Source of the DNA: an uncultured archaeon
GTDB lineage: Archaea; Asgardarchaeota; Heimdallarchaeia; Heimdallarchaeales; Heimdallarchaeaceae
Assembly: GCA_964534625.1 (NCBI GenBank)
Contig: CAZHRF010000048.1
Span: 1-20,150, forward strand
Length of the DNA: 20,150 bases
Direction: 5' to 3'
A program made the translations under genes and the position numbers. The notes under the pieces were generated by a model that was given only the letters and a program-made list of their open reading frames with translations, ran no database searches and was not told the DNA's origin. The first letter of the stretch is position 1, and every line of letters begins with the position of its first letter. Below, in pieces: positions 8,447 to 17,345 of this stretch.

Positions 8447-8878
8447 ATAGCACTCACCCTATATATACATTGATTACTTATATGACTATTAAACTTTTTT
8501 TAAACATATTTTCTTTGTAAAAATATTGTATCCCTAATTGCTCAATTTATGATAGAACGTGCATTTACAACTTTTTTACTGAAAAGATTTATTCACTTAC
8601 TCATTTAAATCACATCTAAATGGCAGAACAGAGGATATATCGATAATTAGTTTTTTATTGAGCTTTATTCTGAACTTTTTTATCATAAAAGTGGTTACAA
8701 GGCAACTTTTTTAAGAGATTGTGCTATTATTATTAAAGATTGGACATCTTATGAAAAGAGAATAGATTAGAGACAAATTTATATATATTATCCCTTAAAT
8801 ATACGAGTTTGATATTAAAGTCGATATATAGTTAAGAGTAAATCTTTAGGTAAGTGCAACTTTAGACGAGGTAAAACA

Positions 8879-9928
8879 ATGAATCAGGAAGAAGATCAAA
8901 CGGTTGTGGAAGAGGCTTTTAATATTATACTAGACAGCAGTTTGGATTTAATCTTCTTAATCAATGAAAATGGTTCAATTGTTCAAGCTAATATTGAAGC
9001 TTGTCGCTATCTTGGACAGACTATACGCTATATACGACGGGCAAACATTAAGACTTTTATCGAAGATAAAACAAAATTTGAAGAGATAATTAAGGATATT
9101 GAAACTGAAAAACAAGCTAAAGGACGTTTTTGGGTTAAAGGGAAAGATAAAAAAGGTCAACCATTTGATGTTATTGCTACATTAATTCAAAGTTCTAAGC
9201 ATAATATGATTGTTGTGATTTGTAGAAGTATTCAAGATCGTCTTGAATCAGAGGCGCAACGTACGTTCTTTTATGATCTCTTTCAATTTGAGTTATTGAA
9301 TAAACTACATGCAAAGATTGGCTATATAGATTTGGCGAAATCAAATTTAGAAACAGGAAACTTGGCTAGTGTCCATTTATTAAACAGAATTAGAAAAATA
9401 ACTATTGATGTTATTTATTTGATTCAAAATGTCAATATACTCTTGATATTAGATGATAATGAACTCTTAACTAATCATCGTATAGATGACATGATCAATC
9501 ATGCACAAAGATATCTTAATTACTTTTTCTCTGACAGGATTAAAGTAAAAGTTCACCGAACAAATCGTCATTTGGTTGCAGGTGACGAATACCTATATAG
9601 AATTTTTGTCAATATTATTGTAAAGATGGCAGAAAAAGCAAAAGGTGATCTAGAGGCAGAAATTACCGTTAAAGAACCATACTACGATGAGATGAATGTT
9701 GTTTTGCATTTTGAAGATGTTTTCCTTTCTTTTAATGAAAAAAGAGATTTTTCAGTTACCGAGGATTTAACTACAAAAAATATAGGTATGCTTGTAATTC
9801 GAGAACTAATTGATAGATATCGTTTAAAAATTAAACTTGAAGATGTGAAGCGAATGGGTGATGTTGTAGGTACTCGAGTGATCTTAACCTTTCCTGTAAT
9901 TAAGAATAAGCATAAAAGTGATTTATGA
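8879..9928 (+). CDS. PAS-domain protein with degenerate HisKA/HATPase-like C-terminus
   Basis: PAS signature (ILDSSLDLIFLINENGSIVQANIEAC) is followed by an H-box-like helix, an N-box-like YRIFVNII, a G2-like IGMLVIRELIDRY and GTRVILTFP. GAGGT SD motif upstream. Confidence 0.8.
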   Translation: MNQEEDQTVVEEAFNIILDSSLDLIFLINENGSIVQANIEACRYLGQTIRYIRRANIKTFIEDKTKFEEIIKDIETEKQAKGRFWVKGKDKKGQPFDVIATLIQSSKHNMIVVICRSIQDRLESEAQRTFFYDLFQFELLNKLHAKIGYIDLAKSNLETGNLASVHLLNRIRKITIDVIYLIQNVNILLILDDNELLTNHRIDDMINHAQRYLNYFFSDRIKVKVHRTNRHLVAGDEYLYRIFVNIIVKMAEKAKGDLEAEITVKEPYYDEMNVVLHFEDVFLSFNEKRDFSVTEDLTTKNIGMLVIRELIDRYRLKIKLEDVKRMGDVVGTRVILTFPVIKNKHKSDL

Positions 9929-10046
9929 TATGATATATTTTACTCGAATTTTTATTAAAGCCCTATCCTTTAGACAATTAGGCAGTCTACTGTTTTTAGG
10001 GTAATAATTTGATATTATTGTTCTCTAGGCTGTTAAACGGTGTTTT

Positions 10047-10078
10047 TCCGAAAAGTATTTAAGTTTCGGTAATCCGAA
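10047..10078 (+). promoter_or_regulatory. feoA promoter (BRE/TATA-like) with adjacent palindromic operator TTCGG-N4-CCGAA
   Basis: CGAAAAG-TATTTAAG (10049-10063) is followed directly by TTCGG-TAAT-CCGAA (10065-10078), 13 bp before the ATG. Confidence 0.6.
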
Positions 10079-10091
10079 TTTAGTAGTTACT

Positions 10092-10316
10092 ATGAACATA
10101 ACAATTGCAAATGCCAAGGTAGATCAAAAAGTCAAGGTTACAAAAATAAAAGCTGGGTTTAAAGCTCTTCATTTTCTTGCTGATTTGGGAATACATGAAG
10201 GGGAAGAGATAAAAATTATAAAGAATAATGTTGGACCAGTTATAGTAAAAGTAAAAGGGACAAGAGTAGCATTGGGCAGAGGCTTAGCTGGAAAAATTGA
10301 AGTTTCTGAGGTTTAA
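10092..10316 (+). CDS. feoA: Ferrous iron transport protein A
   Basis: SH3-like FeoA pattern LADLGIHEGEEIKII…GPVIVKVKGTRVALGRGLAGKIEV, immediately upstream of feoB. Confidence 0.95.
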   Translation: MNITIANAKVDQKVKVTKIKAGFKALHFLADLGIHEGEEIKIIKNNVGPVIVKVKGTRVALGRGLAGKIEVSEV

Positions 10317-10318
10317 CT

Positions 10319-12430
10319 ATGGCATTCTTTGAAAAATTGAAGAATAAATTTTTTCAAAAAAAGAGCAAAAGACAGCACGTAAATACTTTTAATACCGAAA
10401 GAGTAAAAAGAAGTGCTAAAAATGGGCATCCGATATCCCATCAAATAGCTTTTCTAGGAAATCCCAATGTTGGGAAGAGTTCTCTATTTACTAAACTTAC
10501 TGGCAAGCATGTTCACATAGGCAATTGGCCTGGTAAAACTGTTGAAAAAATGGAAGGGCACTTTGTATTGGGCGGAGAATATTTTTCATTAGTAGATTTA
10601 CCAGGTACTTATTCCCTTAGTGCTCGTTCTGAAGAAGAGCAAGTCTGTTGTGAATTTATTGTTGAATCAGAAATGGATTTGTTATGTGTAGTAGCTGATG
10701 CTACAAGGCTAGAACGTACGTTATATGTTGGTCTTAAAGCACTTGAATTAACTGATAATGTTGCTTTTATTATCAATATGAAAGATGTAGCAGAAAAACA
10801 AGGTATAGTTATAGACACAGAAAAAATTGAAAGACAATTGGGTGTTCCAGTTATTTATGTCAGTGCTACTGATCCTAACGATACAATAAAGCTGAAAAAA
10901 TTTCTATATGATGTGCTTCACACGGATAAGTATAAGTTTCATCCGGCAAAAATTCTTTACTCTAAACCAATTGAATCTTTAATTCAAAGTATTGAAAGCC
11001 AAATTGAAGATCGTGAGGTATTATCTGATTATCGTTCAAGATGGTTGGCTATCATGCTTTTGGAAGGCGATGAAAATATTTTTGCTCAACTAGAAGAAGA
11101 ATTTGATTTATCCGACATTAAATCAAAATTAAAAAAATTAGAAGAGGAAGAAGACCTTGTACCAGCTATAGACATTTCAAAAACCCGATATAGTGGGATT
11201 CATAGAATAGTAACATCAAGCACTAAAGGTGAAAATATACCTTCTGAGAATTTAAGCGATAAGGTTGATAAGGTTGTACTTCATCCATTTTGGGGATATC
11301 CAATTCTTATCCTAATATTTGGTTCTTTCTTTTTAATTACATTCATTCTGTCAGAGCCTATAATTATTTTTATTGAAGATATGACAGAGCAATTAGGTGC
11401 ATTTGTAGAAAGAGGATTAATAATAATAAATTCTCCCCCATTTCTAAATGATTTATTAATTAATGGAATTATAGCGGGGATAGGGGCTGTGTTACAATTT
11501 TTACCTATTATAATCATCTTTTATGCATTAATAGCTATTTTAGAAGATTCAGGATATCTCGCTCGATCTGCTTATTTGATGGATAGAATAATGCACAAAT
11601 TTGGTCTTCAAGGTACATCCTTTATGAGCTACGTCATGGGCTTTGGATGTAATGTAGCTGGTGTAATGGCGACACGAACAGTTAAAAATGAGAATGAAAA
11701 ATCGGCATTGATATTAGCAAATTCGTTTATCCCTTGTGGAGCAACCCTTGGGGTTGTATCTATTATTGCAAGTATATTCTTTAAACCTATTATAGCAGCA
11801 GCAATAATGCTTCTTTTGTATGGGTTCAGTATTTCTTTAGCCATACTTTCAACATATTTGTTCTCACTATTTTATAAAAAGGAAGAACCAATGCCATTAA
11901 TTCTTGAGATACCAGAATATAGAAAGCCTAATTTCAATAATATATGGCAGTTAACAAAAGAAAGAGTAGGTATATTTAATAAAAAAGCGGGTGTTTTCAT
12001 CTTCTCTGCAATAGTTATTATATGGTTTTTGAGTAACATACCTTATGGAGTACCAATTGAAAGAACAATAATAGGCTATGTTGGTGTAGCTTTAGCCTAT
12101 ATAACTATACCACTATTTGGTTTTGATATGCGAATGATTATTACATTAGTATTTGGGATATTCGCAAAAGAGACGATAATTGCATCATTAAGTGTGTTAT
12201 ATGGGGGTCCATTAAAAACAAGTTTGGTTAACATGTGGAATATGCCTCAAATAATAGCTTTTCTAGTGTTTCAACTAATTTATGCTCCTTGTATAGCAAC
12301 AATATCAATCATAAAAGCAGAGACAGGAAGTTGGAAGAAAACACTAATAGCAGTAATTTATCCTTTGTTTATTACTTCCATAATTACCATTATTATCTAC
12401 CACCTCTCAAGGTGGTTAGTAGGAGGATAG
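10319..12430 (+). CDS. feoB: Ferrous iron transport protein B
   Basis: G1 GNPNVGKS, G2 GNWPGKTVE, G3 DLPG, G4 NMKD. The membrane domain has LEDSGYLARSAYLMD, GFGCNV, FIPC, AKE and YAPCIAT. Confidence 0.97.
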   Translation: MAFFEKLKNKFFQKKSKRQHVNTFNTERVKRSAKNGHPISHQIAFLGNPNVGKSSLFTKLTGKHVHIGNWPGKTVEKMEGHFVLGGEYFSLVDLPGTYSLSARSEEEQVCCEFIVESEMDLLCVVADATRLERTLYVGLKALELTDNVAFIINMKDVAEKQGIVIDTEKIERQLGVPVIYVSATDPNDTIKLKKFLYDVLHTDKYKFHPAKILYSKPIESLIQSIESQIEDREVLSDYRSRWLAIMLLEGDENIFAQLEEEFDLSDIKSKLKKLEEEEDLVPAIDISKTRYSGIHRIVTSSTKGENIPSENLSDKVDKVVLHPFWGYPILILIFGSFFLITFILSEPIIIFIEDMTEQLGAFVERGLIIINSPPFLNDLLINGIIAGIGAVLQFLPIIIIFYALIAILEDSGYLARSAYLMDRIMHKFGLQGTSFMSYVMGFGCNVAGVMATRTVKNENEKSALILANSFIPCGATLGVVSIIASIFFKPIIAAAIMLLLYGFSISLAILSTYLFSLFYKKEEPMPLILEIPEYRKPNFNNIWQLTKERVGIFNKKAGVFIFSAIVIIWFLSNIPYGVPIERTIIGYVGVALAYITIPLFGFDMRMIITLVFGIFAKETIIASLSVLYGGPLKTSLVNMWNMPQIIAFLVFQLIYAPCIATISIIKAETGSWKKTLIAVIYPLFITSIITIIIYHLSRWLVGG

Positions 12431-12434
12431 AGAA

Positions 12435-12623
12435 ATGAATGAGAAAAATCAGAGAAAAAAGGATGAAAAAAACTGCTGGCAAAAAGTGAAAAGAATTTTT
12501 CACAGAGTTTTCCAGTTTGGAGATCATTGTAATATGGGTTGTTCTACGTGTTCAGATTGTCCTTATAAGGATAAAAATAATAAATATACCTTTGATATCA
12601 AAAAGAAGAAATCTAAAAATTAA
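12435..12623 (+). CDS. Small Cys-rich FeoB-associated (FeoC-like) protein
   Basis: Starts 4 bp after the feoB stop with an AGGAGG SD motif, and contains HCNMGCSTCSDCPY. Confidence 0.65.
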   Translation: MNEKNQRKKDEKNCWQKVKRIFHRVFQFGDHCNMGCSTCSDCPYKDKNNKYTFDIKKKKSKN

Positions 12624-12838
12624 CTATTTCTTCTCTTTTTATATTAAGAACCTTTTATATCTGTTTAGATGCAAGAAGCCTCAAAACAAGGATTTGTTTT
12701 TAATAGAATACTGCTGACATATTTGTTTAAGGAAAGAGTTTCAAGAAGTGTTTTAGTAAATAATTATATGAATCATTTGTATTAAAGAGAAAAAAAGAAG
12801 AAAAAAACAATTAAAAGAAAAAGAGGGAATGAGACTTT

Positions 12839-14320
12839 TTAAAAACCTATGAAAGCTCGAATTAAAGGCAATAAAAATCCAAATGCACTTAGTATCTTTG
12901 GACCCCAAGATTGGGCATAATATCTAATGTCTTTTGTTACTTGCCAATCGAAAGTACTAGAATCAATTGTTTGTAAGCCTTTGTTAAAGATAATAGAACC
13001 AATATTAGACCCTTCCTGACTGGAATGTATCGTAAGCCAGATTCCCGTTCCTTGATATAATATTGCCATAAGCAGTTTAAACAATAGACGATAATTATCT
13101 TTTGTTAATTCTTGCTTATCTTTTGGCATTGCAGAAGTTATATACTCGCTGTATGGTCGTAAATAGAAGTTGAAAGAAAAATCGCCAGGAGAAAGATTAA
13201 ACCCACCTTTGAAGTCCATTGTCATCTCAGGAGGAACAGTTTGTGATGGATCTAAATTCAATAAGAAGAATAAGATATCTTTAGTTTCATCTAAGTTTTG
13301 TGAGGGCGATACAGACGATGTTATCCAATATTTATTTTGCTGGATAACTTCCGGGGTTTCTCTTAATGTTAAAATTATTCTATCTATGATTAGAAAGTGT
13401 TCTAATCTGTTTTTTTCAATGTTCTTGAAAATCATTTTCCATCTTTTGGGGTTTAGTATTTTACTAGCTATAATGGCTTGCACTTGATCCTCGGTTACAA
13501 TTCTCTTTAGTTCTTTCTCTAAAGTGGGTAAATCTACTATGTTAGGAAAGCGAAAGTGAATATACATGAAAACTAATACATTTTGAACTGCAAGATGAGC
13601 GCGATCTGATCTCGGTTGCAGATTTGGAGCAAAATCATCAACTACGGATTTTCTAATGGCCGAACACCATTTAAATAGCTCAACTCTGCTAACAGGATCT
13701 AACAGATTATACAAAGAATCATAAAAGTATGAATTGAGTACATTCGGATGCCTCAGAGCTTCATAATAAGCAAATAATTTTCCTTCATTCATTGCTAAGA
13801 GAGGGGGTACACGTATGACTATAGTAGCAGCCATTACAAATATTAGCATACTAACAGCTAAATAGAGAGATAAAGATAACAAAGTTTCAACTTCAGGGAA
13901 AAAAACATATTCACTTAATTGTTCAATACCCAAAATTGCAGAGTAAAAGAACCCATAAGAAAACAAGCTTAAAATGAAAATGAATATCAAATATATATTA
14001 CCTGATTTATAGCGAGTTTCCAAGTGTCTGAAACCTTTCGAAGACCTAATGGGTATTCCATTTCGAACAAGTTTTCTTATCTCCCATGTGAAATGTAAAA
14101 TAACTAATAAACCATTGAGTAATAGGATTAAAGAGTTTCCCAATAAAGCAAGCCAAAGGATCCCGACCCAATTAAATAAGTTTGGAAACAGAGATGGATC
14201 AAATTTTAGGGTAGAAATCCCTACAATTACTCCAATCGGCAAAACTAAGCTAAAAAATGTACCAACCGATCGGGCATAATAATTTATAATTCGGGGGATG
14301 AGATTTTTCACATCTAACAA
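12839..14320 (-). CDS. Hypothetical membrane protein (about 4 N-terminal TM helices, large soluble domain, hydrophobic C-terminus)
   Basis: 493-aa ORF with clear hydrophobic segments. No family motif recognised and the start codon is uncertain. Confidence 0.8.
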   Translation of the reverse strand: MLDVKNLIPRIINYYARSVGTFFSLVLPIGVIVGISTLKFDPSLFPNLFNWVGILWLALLGNSLILLLNGLLVILHFTWEIRKLVRNGIPIRSSKGFRHLETRYKSGNIYLIFIFILSLFSYGFFYSAILGIEQLSEYVFFPEVETLLSLSLYLAVSMLIFVMAATIVIRVPPLLAMNEGKLFAYYEALRHPNVLNSYFYDSLYNLLDPVSRVELFKWCSAIRKSVVDDFAPNLQPRSDRAHLAVQNVLVFMYIHFRFPNIVDLPTLEKELKRIVTEDQVQAIIASKILNPKRWKMIFKNIEKNRLEHFLIIDRIILTLRETPEVIQQNKYWITSSVSPSQNLDETKDILFFLLNLDPSQTVPPEMTMDFKGGFNLSPGDFSFNFYLRPYSEYITSAMPKDKQELTKDNYRLLFKLLMAILYQGTGIWLTIHSSQEGSNIGSIIFNKGLQTIDSSTFDWQVTKDIRYYAQSWGPKILSAFGFLLPLIRAFIGF

Positions 14321-14388
14321 AAAAATTAGCTCTTTAAAAAATTAACTCAAGAAAAAAATAAAAATAAAAAAATAAAAATACTATCTGT

Positions 14389-15156
14389 TTATATCTTTGC
14401 ACCACAATTTACACAGAATAGCTGGCCTTCTTCTATATCTTCTCCACAATTCTCACAAAACATTTTTTTCTCTTGGGATTGGGAGGGTGTTGGTTGATCT
14501 GGAACCTGTTGAGATGAAGGATAGGTCGCTTGTGGTTGTGTATAGTCTGTTTGTGTTGGACCTGATGGGGTATATTGTTTCTGTGGACTTGTAGGTGTAA
14601 ATGGGGTAGTAGATAGTTTTTCTCCATTCTGATAAATTATGTAACCTGTTCCTACGCCCAGACCTAGTAATAGGATAGAGATTACAATTGAGGCAATTGG
14701 AGACACGAACAAAACTAAAGCTAAGCCTATCGCAATAAATAATCTCCATGCATACAATTGAATAATGGTATTATCTAATTTATCAAATTGAGGATATTTA
14801 GCACTTAATTTTTTGAACGCTTCATTAAGTTTAAGGAATGCTAATATATGAAGTACAAAAGCAATGAATATGGGTATAATCAAAAAGAACAATATTAAAC
14901 AGATTGCATACCCTTTAAAATAACTTTTTGCCTTAGATGCTGTTCTATTATAATCATACATTATTTTCTCTATTTTTCCCATTGATGAGGCTAGTATAAA
15001 CGCCATGATTATATCCAGTATGAAAGGGATAAAACCAAGAAATGGCAGTTCTAGTATGCTACCCAACAATGAAAGAACGCTACTGATAATTAGTAGAATT
15101 CCTGCTGTCTTAATTTGATTAAAAGCTTCTTTATCAAAGTAATTTTGGTTGTACAT
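14389..15156 (-). CDS. Multi-TM membrane protein with P/Q/T-rich linker and C-terminal zinc ribbon
   Basis: About six hydrophobic segments, a linker (TPTSPQKQYTPSGPTQTDYTQPQATYP) and FCENCG…FCVNCG. The ATG at 15156 follows an AGGTG SD-like motif; the track uses GTG 15165. Confidence 0.85.
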   Translation of the reverse strand: MYNQNYFDKEAFNQIKTAGILLIISSVLSLLGSILELPFLGFIPFILDIIMAFILASSMGKIEKIMYDYNRTASKAKSYFKGYAICLILFFLIIPIFIAFVLHILAFLKLNEAFKKLSAKYPQFDKLDNTIIQLYAWRLFIAIGLALVLFVSPIASIVISILLLGLGVGTGYIIYQNGEKLSTTPFTPTSPQKQYTPSGPTQTDYTQPQATYPSSQQVPDQPTPSQSQEKKMFCENCGEDIEEGQLFCVNCGAKI

Positions 15157-15305
15157 TAAACACACCTATAATGTAGTTGTAAAATATAGTTCAATCGTTT
15201 TATAAAAAACTATCTTAATAGTCAGTTGAAAATAGACCAATCAAGAATAAAGAGAAGAGAAATTAAAGGTATTTCCAAGACCGAGAATTAGCGTTTATCC
15301 TTATA

Positions 15306-17045
15306 CTAGAAGAATAGTATCTTTTTTATCTGTACAATAACTATCTTATCCCACTTCATATCCTCTGCAAACACTTTTTTTGCAGCTTGGATAATGTCTA
15401 TATCCTTACGAGAAGCAATAGTACTATCTAGTTCACGCAGTTTTTTCATTAATGTACGACGTTTGTATACTTGTTTTTTTCTTGGTATGTTCAAGGTTCT
15501 AGGTTCTATTTTGTCGGCTACAATGCCAAATAGTTTATCATCATTTTTAACAAATTCTACTAATCTAAGGGCATCGGGTTTATCCTTCTCTTCATAGAGT
15601 ACTTCTTCAGGAAACAGAGTATCAATGTGATAATTGATTGTAATTAACCATTCTTTTGAGAAGTTAATCAAAGCAATAAGTGGGTCTAGTATTTCTGTTG
15701 GGAAAACTAGTGCTTCTTCCGAGATCAATGTTGTAGCCTCTATATTTTTCTTTTCTGATTCTATAAGACCTGTAAGCAAGAAATCGTTCTCGCGATAATT
15801 ATCAAATATAGGTAAAGGGGATATCTCTATACCAGAAACACTCGAATAAAGAAGTTCTTGATTGAAATACTCTAACCACTGTTGAATGAATGCATTTTTT
15901 TTCTCTAATTGAACCACTTTAGGTATTTTGGAAAAAACATTTTTAATTTTACGTACAATGGCTTTAAGTAAACCTTTTTTCTCTTCTTTTGGGTTTTCTT
16001 CTGTCTCTTTTTCTTCTAGTTCTTTCTTTTCTTCACTCTCTAGTGGATAGGTCTTGAGTATTTCTTCATATTTACAGAGCGCATATAAATCTTTAATTTT
16101 AAGTGAAAAGAGAGATTCTATTTCTTTCAAATTGAGATCATCAATTGAACTAAATATACCAACATATCCTAAGGCAAAACTATTTTGATATCCTAAATAA
16201 AAGATGTTTTTATCCTTTCTTTTATCCTTCAGACTCTCTAAACGCAAATATTTCAATATGTGTGTTTGTACGTCTTGTATCTTAATCTCGGGGAGGATCT
16301 CACTGAATTTATGTTTCAAAAACTTTGTTTCTCCTTTTGCATAAAAGAGGTCTTTATTCATTTCTTTTAGGGATATATAATTTACAATCTCTGATTCGTT
16401 TATATTAGGCACAGGTACCGTTTCATTTATTTCATGAGCAAATGCTGTTATCATTTTTAGTGCTATCATACATGTAATTATTCCAGCTATATCATCTTTA
16501 GTTCCTTGTAATATTCTCCTTTCCTCTATGACGGTACTGAATATAGTTTGAAGCAAAGCAGCTTCCAAGACATACAAAAACCACAAGAAAGAAATGGTAG
16601 GAAAATGTTGAGTACAAAAATTAATCAAATGGCGTAAAAGATAACTGGATACCCTAAGACAAGCAATGTTTTTTGGAATACCTTTATCTAATTGAAAGTA
16701 ATATCTCTTTCGGGCAATAGACGCAACAGCGTAAATAAGTCCAATATGATGCGTTAAGTCTTTCCATTGATTAAAATTGTCAGGAAGATGTTGGAAAAGA
16801 TTAACTAACTCTTTTACACGTTCTTCGTCACTTATAGTCATTCTTATTTCAGAAGCTGTCATAATATAATCCGAAATATAACTGCAAGCGATTAAAGATT
16901 GTTCAGTTAGAGTGGTTTTTTCTTTCATATCACGAATAACATCTTTGGTGACTGTTTTATATCTCTTAAATTGCATATCCAAATTGTGTTCATTTTTAAT
17001 ATCTTTAAGTTCATCCTCTAAAAATTTAAAAACAATATCTTCCAT
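15306..17045 (-). CDS. Hypothetical protein, largely helical with a central charged linker
   Basis: Uninterrupted 579-aa ORF with an E/K-rich linker (EEKKELEEKETEENPKEEKK). No family recognised. Confidence 0.8.
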   Translation of the reverse strand: MEDIVFKFLEDELKDIKNEHNLDMQFKRYKTVTKDVIRDMKEKTTLTEQSLIACSYISDYIMTASEIRMTISDEERVKELVNLFQHLPDNFNQWKDLTHHIGLIYAVASIARKRYYFQLDKGIPKNIACLRVSSYLLRHLINFCTQHFPTISFLWFLYVLEAALLQTIFSTVIEERRILQGTKDDIAGIITCMIALKMITAFAHEINETVPVPNINESEIVNYISLKEMNKDLFYAKGETKFLKHKFSEILPEIKIQDVQTHILKYLRLESLKDKRKDKNIFYLGYQNSFALGYVGIFSSIDDLNLKEIESLFSLKIKDLYALCKYEEILKTYPLESEEKKELEEKETEENPKEEKKGLLKAIVRKIKNVFSKIPKVVQLEKKNAFIQQWLEYFNQELLYSSVSGIEISPLPIFDNYRENDFLLTGLIESEKKNIEATTLISEEALVFPTEILDPLIALINFSKEWLITINYHIDTLFPEEVLYEEKDKPDALRLVEFVKNDDKLFGIVADKIEPRTLNIPRKKQVYKRRTLMKKLRELDSTIASRKDIDIIQAAKKVFAEDMKWDKIVIVQIKKILFF

Positions 17046-17148
17046 ATCTTAGTATCATTATACTGCCTTTTTAAACTTAACTAGAGACACTTCAATGACA
17101 AGTAAATGTTTTTTTAATGAAAATAGTATATTAATATAAGACTGATAT

Positions 17149-17257
17149 TAGTACTCCCGAAATAGTGCTCTGCCGCTATAATTTCGGTAATCAAACATGC
17201 AAAGATGAGTTCTAAACGAATAAAGTCTTTAATCTTTACGTTAATTCGGAAGTACTA
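17149..17257. mobile_element. Putative MITE (IS630/Tc1-mariner-like ends with TA duplication)
   Basis: 105 bp (17151-17255) bounded by inverted repeats GTACTCCCGAAATA and TAATTCGGAAGTAC (12/14 match), flanked on both sides by TA. The ORF track shows no ORF here. Confidence 0.55.
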
Positions 17258-17345
17258 GATATGTACTTGGAAACAGATGAAAAACAAGTTAATCAATCCA
17301 AACTTTTTTTAACTTGCATAGTTTTATAGTGGTTGAACAGACAAA

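Noticed and set aside
9961-10001. Nested short inverted repeats (CCCTA/TAGGG, TAGAC/GTCTA) and TTAGGCAGTCTAC upstream of feoA
   Set aside because: The arms are only 5 bp and the spacing differs from the main operator, which is too weak to call a riboswitch or second operator without comparative data.
12235-12717. Alternative-frame ORFs 12235-12438 and 12517-12717
   Set aside because: They overlap feoB or the Cys-rich ORF out of frame and have no motifs.
14350-14380. AAAAAT tandem repeats, and the A-rich run at about 12785-12825
   Set aside because: These are T-tracts downstream of minus-strand genes, so ordinary terminator-like low-complexity DNA.
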